Shown one piece after another: positions 45,180 through 52,668 of a DNA stretch of 59,491 nucleotides. The number at the start of each line of letters is the position of its first letter. Within the stretch, counting starts at the first letter, position 1. A program made the position numbers and the translations under genes. The stretch is taken from contig CAZVGS010000007.1 in the NCBI GenBank assembly GCA_964627245.1, forward strand, positions 1 through 59,491, written 5' to 3'. This DNA comes from an uncultured Gammaproteobacteria bacterium (GTDB taxonomy: Bacteria > Patescibacteriota > Microgenomatia > Levybacterales > GWA1-39-11). Below the pieces are notes generated by a model. That model saw only the letters and a list, made by a program, of their open reading frames with translations. It was not told where the DNA came from and made no database searches.

Positions 45180-46641
45180 TATATTAAAAACAAAATACCT
45201 TCTTCTATTTGCGTTAACTGCGGTAACAATTGCAGGTTTTGTTTTAAGGCTTTACAAATTGGACAATCCAATTGCAGATTGGCATAGTTGGCGTCAGGCG
45301 GATACGGCAGCAGTTACTAGGAACTTTATCAAAGACGGTTTTAATCCGTTTTTTCCCCAGTATGACGCTCTAAATCCCCTTAATGAAATAGGACATAATC
45401 CAAATAGGTATTTCTTTGCAGAGTTCCCTCTATACAACATAATATCTTACTTTATTTATCTAAAGTTCGGTGTTAATGAAGCATATATGAGGCTTGTCAG
45501 CGCAATATTTGCCGGACTCACAATACCGGTATTATTTTTACTGGTCAGAAAGCACTCCTCATCTTTTGTAGCGCTAACTTCAGCAGCATTTTTTGCATTT
45601 CTTCCTTACAACATTTATTACGGACGTGTAACAATGGCAGACCCATTGTATATTTTCTTTAGTGTATTAACGCTTTATCTTGTAAGCAAGTGGGTGGACA
45701 AAAATAATGTTTTGCTGGCAATTTTATCTGGAATAATATTTGCGCTTGCGATACTCACAAAGCCATACGCACTCGTTTTGTTTATCCCGATACTATTTTT
45801 AATGTATAGAAGATGGAAGGCAAGAATTGTTACCAAGTGGACAATTTACCTATTCGGATTATTAGCAATAATTCCATTTTTGTTATGGCGGCATCACATT
45901 AATCAATATCCAGAAGGGATGTTTGGTACTGCGTGGCTGTACAATCAAGGAAATATTAGATTTACGGGCGCTTACTTTAGGTGGTTAATTTTTGATAGGT
46001 TAAATAGGCTAATTTTTGCAACTGGCGGATTCGTACTTTTATGGTTCGGGTTAGTATCCTCATTTAGTAAAAAAGCCAACTATTTGTACCTTTTCTGGCT
46101 TGTCGGGATCATATCTTTTTTTGTAATTATAGCAAGGGGAAATGTTACACATGATTATTACCAGCTTCCCATTGTACCTGTAGGGTGTGTGATCATGGCG
46201 TTAGGACTTGATTATCTAATAAGAAGTGACCAAAAAATTATATCGCGGGTGTCTGGGTGGATTATCGCATCAAGTCTTGTTGTTATGATGCTTGCATTCG
46301 GATGGTATGAGGTAAGAGGATACTATAATGTAAATCATCCGGAAATTGTTGAAGCAGGTAAGGCGGTTGATGCAATTTTACCAAAAGACGCGATAGTCAT
46401 TGCGCCATATGATAATGATTCGGCCTTTTTGTATCAAACAAACAGGCATGGATATACATATGGAGGAGATAAAATTGAAAAATATATTGCAGAAGGCGCA
46501 ACGCATTTGGTTTCTGTAAATTTTGATGATACTACAAATTATTGGATGGATAAATGCAGTATTGTTGTTAGGACAGAGACTTATGTCATTGTGGACTTAT
46601 CTGTTTGTAAACCCGACCAGCCTGTATTCTCCAGACTATGA
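45166..46641 (+). CDS. ArnT/PMT-like GT-C membrane glycosyltransferase
   Basis: 491 aa. First-loop motif DWHSWRQADTAAVTRNF, then RLVSAIFAGLTIPVLFLLVRK. Polytopic, with a soluble C-terminal domain. Confidence 0.7.
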   Translation: MNITSILKTKYLLLFALTAVTIAGFVLRLYKLDNPIADWHSWRQADTAAVTRNFIKDGFNPFFPQYDALNPLNEIGHNPNRYFFAEFPLYNIISYFIYLKFGVNEAYMRLVSAIFAGLTIPVLFLLVRKHSSSFVALTSAAFFAFLPYNIYYGRVTMADPLYIFFSVLTLYLVSKWVDKNNVLLAILSGIIFALAILTKPYALVLFIPILFLMYRRWKARIVTKWTIYLFGLLAIIPFLLWRHHINQYPEGMFGTAWLYNQGNIRFTGAYFRWLIFDRLNRLIFATGGFVLLWFGLVSSFSKKANYLYLFWLVGIISFFVIIARGNVTHDYYQLPIVPVGCVIMALGLDYLIRSDQKIISRVSGWIIASSLVVMMLAFGWYEVRGYYNVNHPEIVEAGKAVDAILPKDAIVIAPYDNDSAFLYQTNRHGYTYGGDKIEKYIAEGATHLVSVNFDDTTNYWMDKCSIVVRTETYVIVDLSVCKPDQPVFSRL

Positions 46642-47807
46642 ATGTTCTTTTTGTAACCTATGATTTTCCATTTCCAACAAATTCCGGCGGAAAAAACCGT
46701 GCCTACCATCTTATCAAACATACTGCAAAAAATGCCAATATATTTCTCTTCTCATTTGTAAGGGAGGACTATAATCCTGACTACAATAAAGAGATATTCG
46801 AGTTGGGGGTAAAAGATATTAAAGTTTTTAAGAGAGAAAAACTTTCTTCTTTTTCAAATATTCCAAAAACAATCTTAAATAATTCATCAATTTTCAAAAC
46901 CCTATATTTTGATGCCGGCGTTGAATGGAGTATGAAGGAGTATATGAAGAAGCACAAAATAGACGTTGTTCATTTCGAGTCGTCTTACACCGGGTTTTAC
47001 ATTGGAAAGAAGTTGGGAATGACAGGAGCCAAACAAGTGCTAGGTACGGAGAATATAGAGTTTCAGCTGTACTACGATTATGCAGCAAATACTAAAAAAA
47101 TTTACTTAAAACCCTTCGTCAAGTTTCAAGCCGGAAGACTAAAAAATGAAGAGTTAATGATGGTAAAAAACGCAGATAAGGTTACAACAGTTACGGAAGA
47201 AGAAGCAAGAAAATGGGAGAGTCTTACGGGTAAGAAATGCGATGTGGTAGCAAATGGAATTGAACCGAATACTTTCTCTTACAGTTTTGACCCGAAAATT
47301 AAAAGCAACATACTTTTTGTCGGCAATTTTAGTTATTTCCCAAATATAGATGGGATTAATTTTTTTTACAAAGAAGCATTTGATAAGTTAAGTAAAGACC
47401 TCACTCTTACTGTGATCGGCAAGGACTGCAGTAAAATTCTGAATTTTGACAATGAAAGAATCATTAAAAAAGATTTTGTTGACGATATAATTACAGAATA
47501 CAGGAAAGCAGATATTATGATATTTCCGATAAGAATAGGCGGGGGGACAAATTTCAAAATCTTGGAAGCAATGGCACTTGGAATACCGATCGTAGCAAAT
47601 CCTGAGAGACTGGCGGGACTAAATGCAGTTTCAGGTAAGCATTTTTTGGAAGCAACAACGGGAGAAGAGTATGCAGAAAAAATAGAATTATTGTATAAAG
47701 ATAAAAAATTAAGAGAGGAATTAGCCCAGCAGGGAAGAAAATTAATTGACAAATACTTTTCATGGGAAAATATAGGACATGATCTTTTGAAGGTTTGGAT
47801 AAGCTAA
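46638..47807 (+). CDS. Glycosyltransferase family 4
   Basis: 389 aa. Motifs: FPFPTNSGGKNR and GGGTNFKILEAMALGIPIVANPERLAGL. Confidence 0.8.
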   Translation: MNVLFVTYDFPFPTNSGGKNRAYHLIKHTAKNANIFLFSFVREDYNPDYNKEIFELGVKDIKVFKREKLSSFSNIPKTILNNSSIFKTLYFDAGVEWSMKEYMKKHKIDVVHFESSYTGFYIGKKLGMTGAKQVLGTENIEFQLYYDYAANTKKIYLKPFVKFQAGRLKNEELMMVKNADKVTTVTEEEARKWESLTGKKCDVVANGIEPNTFSYSFDPKIKSNILFVGNFSYFPNIDGINFFYKEAFDKLSKDLTLTVIGKDCSKILNFDNERIIKKDFVDDIITEYRKADIMIFPIRIGGGTNFKILEAMALGIPIVANPERLAGLNAVSGKHFLEATTGEEYAEKIELLYKDKKLREELAQQGRKLIDKYFSWENIGHDLLKVWIS

Positions 47808-47810
47808 TAT

Positions 47811-48695
47811 ATGGACTTGTCAATAATAATTGTTTCTTACAATTCCGAGAATACTATCAAAGACTGCATTGATTCTGTTCTTAATACTATCAAAAAACAT
47901 TCATTCGAAATTATTGTTTCTGACAATAGTGAGAACGAGATCACAAATGAATTAATAAGTAAAGAATATGGAAAAAATTCCAAACTCGTATATATTAAGA
48001 ATGACTCCAATTTAGGCTTTTCAAAGGCTAATAATGTTGGAATAAAACAATCTAAAGGCGAATTCGTACTTTTTTTGAATCCTGACACTAAAGTTTATGA
48101 GAAAACAGTAGACGGTATGATTGAATTTATGAAAAAAAATCCTGACTGCGGTGTTTCAACTTGTTTTGTGGAGTTACCCGGAGGAAAATTGGATCAAGCC
48201 TCCCACAGAGGGTTTCCAACGCCTCTTCGATCTTTGAGTTATTTTACAGGGCTTTCAAAGTTTTTTTCAAAAAATAAATTATTAGGCGGTTATTCTATGC
48301 TGTATAAGAACATGGAGGAGACGCACGAGATCGACTCTGCTGCCGGTTCATTCATGCTTGTGCCAAGAAAAGTCGGGAACAGGATAAAATGGTGGGATGA
48401 AGATTATTTTTTTTACGGAGAAGATCTGGATTTTTGCTTCAGGGTGAAAGAGCTTGGGTATAAAGTATATTTTGTCCCGGAATTCAAGGCGCTTCACCTG
48501 AAGGGAGTCTCAAGCGGTATAAAGAAAGAATCGATGGGAATAACCAAGGCGTCAAATAGAACAAAAAATCTTGCAATGCATCATAGATTTAAGGCAATGG
48601 AAATCTTTTACGATAAGCATTACAAAAACAAATACCCGGGCTTTCTTAGGGCATTCATAATCATGGGTATAAAATTCAAAAGGGCCATTTCATGA
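47811..48695 (+). CDS. Glycosyltransferase family 2 (rhamnosyltransferase-like)
   Basis: 294 aa. Motifs: LSIIIVSYNSENTI, IIVSDNSEN, LFLNPDT, YFFYGEDLDFCFRVKELGY. Confidence 0.85.
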   Translation: MDLSIIIVSYNSENTIKDCIDSVLNTIKKHSFEIIVSDNSENEITNELISKEYGKNSKLVYIKNDSNLGFSKANNVGIKQSKGEFVLFLNPDTKVYEKTVDGMIEFMKKNPDCGVSTCFVELPGGKLDQASHRGFPTPLRSLSYFTGLSKFFSKNKLLGGYSMLYKNMEETHEIDSAAGSFMLVPRKVGNRIKWWDEDYFFYGEDLDFCFRVKELGYKVYFVPEFKALHLKGVSSGIKKESMGITKASNRTKNLAMHHRFKAMEIFYDKHYKNKYPGFLRAFIIMGIKFKRAIS

Positions 48696-49783
48696 AAAAG
48701 ATAGGAATTGACGCTAGACTTTGGAACGAAAGCGGTGTAGGAAGATACATTAGGAGTTTGGTTAATGGAATTGATGATAGAAAAATTGCTGACCAATATA
48801 CGATTTTTTTGACGAAAGAGAACTACAATTCGGTTAGTTTCAAAAATCCAAATATTACAAAAAAAATGGCCGATGTAAGGTGGCATACAATATCCGAGCA
48901 ATGGAAAATGAAGAAGGTGCTAGATGACGAAAAACTGGACCTTGTGCATTTCCCGTATTTTTCCTATCCGGTTTTTTATAACCGTCCTTTTGTCATAACA
49001 ATTCACGATCTTATAATTGATAATTTTCCCACAGGCGTAGCAAGCTCACTGCCTTATCCGTTGTATAGACTTAAGCACTTAGGTTACAAGAATATCGTTA
49101 AAAGAGCGGTTTCCAATTCAAAGAAAATTATTGTTCCTTCATATGCTACATCGGATGATTTGGTAAAAACTTACAAAGTCAATGAAAGCAAAATAGAAGT
49201 AATATATGAAGGGTTTGATCCGTTAATTTCTGGTTCAAAAAATCCGAAAAAACTTGTTTCCAGTAATTACTTACTGTATGTTGGGAACGCTTATCCTCAT
49301 AAAAATCTGCAGGTTCTTTTTGAGGCTTTCAATATTCTTAAGAAAAGTTTGGATATTGATCTGGTCTGCGTGGGAAGAAGTGACTTCTTCTACAAGAGAC
49401 TTAAAAAAAATAAAACTGAAGATGTATTTTTTTTGCATAATGTTGATGATTCTTCACTTTTCGATTATTATACAAACGCAAGATTATTTGTAATGCCAAG
49501 CTTAATGGAGGGATTTGGCCTGCCTTTGCTTGAGGCAATGAATCTTTCCTGCCCCGTTATAGCTTCAAACATAAAAGCGCTAAAAGAAATAGGAGGAGAC
49601 GCATGTTTGTATTTTGATCCTTCTGATCCGTCAGAGTTAGCTGATGTTGCAAATAAAGTATTGGTCAATAAAGACGTAAGAAACAAACTTATAACAAATG
49701 GACAAATCCGTTCAAAAAAATATTCGTGGGATAAATGTATCGCTGAAACGCTTAAAGTCTATAAGAGTTGCTATAGTGTATGA
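48692..49783 (+). CDS. Glycosyltransferase family 4
   Basis: 363 aa. Signature MEGFGLPLLEAMNLSCPVIASNIKALKEIGGDACLYFDP. Confidence 0.85.
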   Translation: MKKIGIDARLWNESGVGRYIRSLVNGIDDRKIADQYTIFLTKENYNSVSFKNPNITKKMADVRWHTISEQWKMKKVLDDEKLDLVHFPYFSYPVFYNRPFVITIHDLIIDNFPTGVASSLPYPLYRLKHLGYKNIVKRAVSNSKKIIVPSYATSDDLVKTYKVNESKIEVIYEGFDPLISGSKNPKKLVSSNYLLYVGNAYPHKNLQVLFEAFNILKKSLDIDLVCVGRSDFFYKRLKKNKTEDVFFLHNVDDSSLFDYYTNARLFVMPSLMEGFGLPLLEAMNLSCPVIASNIKALKEIGGDACLYFDPSDPSELADVANKVLVNKDVRNKLITNGQIRSKKYSWDKCIAETLKVYKSCYSV

Positions 49784-50846
49784 CAGAGTTAATAAAATAG
49801 GTGGTGCCGAGCGGGTTCTTGAATCTCTGAGAGAAATATTTCCAAATTCTGTACTTTATACATCAGTTTACAATAAAAAGTCTACACCATGGGCGAAAAA
49901 ATTTAAGATACAAACTTCATTTTTGCAAAAGATCCCAATACTTAATTTACGACATGAATTTATTCCCTATCTTATGCCGATTGCTTTTGAATCATTCAGG
50001 TTCGATGGATTTGAACTTGTTGTTTCGGTTACCAGCGAAGCTGCCAAAGGAGTGATTGTTCCCCCGGGAGTTACTCATGTATGTATATGTCTTACCCCTA
50101 CCAGGTATCTTTGGAGCGGATATAAGTCTTATTTCAAAAGCGCTTTGTTAAAAACAATAGCATTTCCTCTTGTATGGTACCTTAGAAAGTGGGATCTGGC
50201 AGCATCTAAAAGACCGGATTACTATATTGCTATCTCTGAAACTGTAAAAAAAAGAATAGCAAAATATTATAAAAGGGAGAGCATGGTTATTTATCCTCCA
50301 TCGGATAGACTCTTTAGAGCAAAAGGAGGAAAAATGGAAATCAACGAAAAAAATTACTTTTTGGTTGTTTCAAGGCTTGTTGATTACAAGAGGGTCGATT
50401 TGGCAGTTAAGGCTTGCACAAAGCTCAAGCTTCCATTGGTTGTAATAGGACAAGGCAGCGAATTTGAAAAACTTGATGCAATTGCGGGTGATACGGTTAT
50501 TTTTAAGGGCAAAGTTAGCGATGACGAGCTTATTGCCTATTATAAGAATTGCAGAGCGCTGATATTTCCGGGTATTGAGGATTTTGGCATAACCATGGTT
50601 GAAGTCCAGAAAGCGGGAAAGCCGGTGATAGCTTACGGAAGTGGGGGGGCAAAGGAGGTAGTTATCAACGGAAAAACCGGTACTTTTTTTGAAAATCAGA
50701 GTGTGTCCTCGCTTTGCAGTGTATTGCTAAAATTCAAAGATAATCGTTATAATGTAAAAGATTGCAGGAATAACGCAAGCCGTTTTTCCGAGAGAATTTT
50801 TAAGAAAAGTATACTATCATTTGTTTCGGATAAAATAAAAATATGA
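49698..50846 (+). CDS. Glycosyltransferase family 4
   Basis: 382 aa. Motifs: RVAIVYDRVNKIGGAERVL and IEDFGITMVEVQKAGKPVIAYGSGGAKEVV. ATG 49698 gives an unusual 86-nt overlap, so the true start is uncertain (see findings). Confidence 0.8.
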   Translation: MDKSVQKNIRGINVSLKRLKSIRVAIVYDRVNKIGGAERVLESLREIFPNSVLYTSVYNKKSTPWAKKFKIQTSFLQKIPILNLRHEFIPYLMPIAFESFRFDGFELVVSVTSEAAKGVIVPPGVTHVCICLTPTRYLWSGYKSYFKSALLKTIAFPLVWYLRKWDLAASKRPDYYIAISETVKKRIAKYYKRESMVIYPPSDRLFRAKGGKMEINEKNYFLVVSRLVDYKRVDLAVKACTKLKLPLVVIGQGSEFEKLDAIAGDTVIFKGKVSDDELIAYYKNCRALIFPGIEDFGITMVEVQKAGKPVIAYGSGGAKEVVINGKTGTFFENQSVSSLCSVLLKFKDNRYNVKDCRNNASRFSERIFKKSILSFVSDKIKI

Positions 50847-51925
50847 AAGTAGTTATTTTTGCTGGAGGTGTAGGTACTAGATTGTGGCCGTTATCAAGAA
50901 AGCACACGCCAAAGCAGTTTGAAAAGATTATTGGCGACCGGTCAACGCTTCAGCTTGCATTCGACCGCGTGCGTCCTATATTTGATCCTAAAGACATTTT
51001 TATATCATCTGGAGACAGGTATAAGGATGTTTTACTGCAGCAATTGCCTGAAATTCCAAAAGAAAACTTTATCCTCGAGCCTGAAATGCGGGATGTCGGA
51101 GCAGCAGTTGGTCTTGTTTCGGCAGTTTTTCAAAAGATTTCACCTGATGAACCTTTTATTATCTTGTGGAGTGACCACTTGGTAAAAAACGAAGCTTTAT
51201 TCAGAAGCATTTTGCAAGCTGCCGGAAAGGTGCTTGAGGAGGATCCGGATAAAATCGTGTTTATTGGACAAAGATCAAGGTTTGCAAGTCAGAATTTGGG
51301 CTGGATTGAATTCGGCAATAAAATAAAAGATGTGGATGGTGTAGACCTCTTTGAATTTAAGAGTCTTCATTATCGTCCGGATATTGATAAGGCTGAAACA
51401 TTTCACCAGAGCGTTAATCATGCCTGGAATCCTGGGTACTTTGCAACGACTCCAAATTTTATTATGAGTTTATATCAAAGGCATGCTCCCGAAATGCACA
51501 GCATGCTTGTTAAGATACAAGAATCATGGGGAAGTGAAGGATTTGACAGTGTCTTAAGAGAAGTCTTTCCTCAGCTTGAGAAGGTGTCTTTCGACAATTT
51601 AATTCTTGAAAAGATTGATGAGAATGACGGATTTGTGATAGGAGCGGATCTCGGATGGAGCGATATTGGTGCTTGGGAGGCTTTAAAGGAGGCTTTAGCT
51701 GAGGGGGATGATGAAAATGTAACGAGGGGGAAAGTTATGCTTGAGGAGTCCGTTGACAGTTTGATATTCAATTACAACGAGCAGATGGTTGTCGGAATAG
51801 ATCTTAAGGATATGCTTGTAATAAATACAGAGGATGTCTTGTTAATATGCCCTAAAGAGTCGGTTCCTAAGATAAAAAAACTTGTAGAAAGTCTTTCAGG
51901 TACTGAGCATGAGTCGTTAACCTAG
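50843..51925 (+). CDS. manC: Mannose-1-phosphate guanylyltransferase (no PMI/cupin domain)
   Basis: 360 aa. N-terminus VIFAGGVGTRLWPLSRKHTPKQF, with a nucleotidyltransferase fold pattern throughout. Confidence 0.85.
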   Translation: MKVVIFAGGVGTRLWPLSRKHTPKQFEKIIGDRSTLQLAFDRVRPIFDPKDIFISSGDRYKDVLLQQLPEIPKENFILEPEMRDVGAAVGLVSAVFQKISPDEPFIILWSDHLVKNEALFRSILQAAGKVLEEDPDKIVFIGQRSRFASQNLGWIEFGNKIKDVDGVDLFEFKSLHYRPDIDKAETFHQSVNHAWNPGYFATTPNFIMSLYQRHAPEMHSMLVKIQESWGSEGFDSVLREVFPQLEKVSFDNLILEKIDENDGFVIGADLGWSDIGAWEALKEALAEGDDENVTRGKVMLEESVDSLIFNYNEQMVVGIDLKDMLVINTEDVLLICPKESVPKIKKLVESLSGTEHESLT

Positions 51926-51926
51926 T

Positions 51927-52565
51927 ATGATGTATGATGTTTCCAAACGCCTGCTTGATGTTCTGATATCTATAACAGCTCTAATTTTTTTTTCACCCAT
52001 AATTTTGCTTACTGCCATATTTATCAAAATTGATACTAAAGGACCTCTATTGGCAGATACGCCTCCTAGAATAGGAAGAAAAGGACGTGCATTCAGGATG
52101 TATAAATTCCGCTCGATGGTAGCAAATGCACATGAAATCTTAACAAGTGACCCTAAGTACAAAAACCTTTTAGATGAGTATAAAAAAGGAGGTTACAAAC
52201 TGAAAGGGGATCCGAGAATAACTAGAGTCGGAAGGTTCATACGCAAATACTCTTTTGATGAATTACCTCAATTCATCAATGTTATAAAGGGGGATATGAG
52301 TGTTGTGGGTCCCAGGGCTTATTATCCTGATGAACTCAGGGATCAGCAAAAAAAATATCCGCACACAAGAGATGCTGTAAAAGTTGTGTTGTCTGTCAAG
52401 CCGGGGATTACGGGAGTTTGGCAAGTATCGGGCAGAAGCGAAATTAATTTTGACAAACGCATCCAATTGGATGCTCACTACGCGAAAAAAAGATCTATAC
52501 TTTATGACCTGCTGATACTTTTCAAAACTCCTTTCGCGATGTTTTCCGGCAAAGGTGCTATGTGA
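51927..52565 (+). CDS. Small monotopic phosphoglycosyl transferase (Bac_transf; PglC/WbaP C-terminal type), polyprenyl-phosphate hexose-1-phosphate transferase
   Basis: 212 aa. Motifs: KRLLDVLISITALIFFSPIILLTAIFIK, MYKFRSM, DELPQFINVIKGDMSVVGPR, KPGITGVWQVSGR. Confidence 0.9.
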   Translation: MMYDVSKRLLDVLISITALIFFSPIILLTAIFIKIDTKGPLLADTPPRIGRKGRAFRMYKFRSMVANAHEILTSDPKYKNLLDEYKKGGYKLKGDPRITRVGRFIRKYSFDELPQFINVIKGDMSVVGPRAYYPDELRDQQKKYPHTRDAVKVVLSVKPGITGVWQVSGRSEINFDKRIQLDAHYAKKRSILYDLLILFKTPFAMFSGKGAM

Positions 52566-52572
52566 ATGATTT

Positions 52573-52601
52573 TGCCTTTTAATTATAAAACAGGCATTTT
52601 T
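52573..52601 (+). terminator. Weak intrinsic-terminator-like hairpin plus T5 after the PGT gene
   Basis: tgcctttt (52573-80) pairs with aaaa-c-aggca (52587-96): 8 bp with a one-base bulge and a 7-nt loop. Followed by ttttt (52597-52601). Confidence 0.35.
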
Positions 52602-52609
52602 GATATAAT
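52601..52609 (+). promoter_or_regulatory. Extended -10 box TGATATAAT upstream of the DUF4012 gene (59-nt leader)
   Basis: Read directly. It is the same 9-mer as at 15534. Confidence 0.4.
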
Positions 52610-52668
52610 GTTACTTTGCCTTGCAATAAAACTTTCAAATATGATTAAATTAACTGTATTTCTCATCA

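Noticed and set aside
52610-52668. Possible regulatory RNA in the 59-nt leader of the DUF4012 gene
   Set aside because: I could find no stable stem-loop or known motif by eye. The only small ORF (atg att aaa ... taa) is 12 codons with no supporting context.
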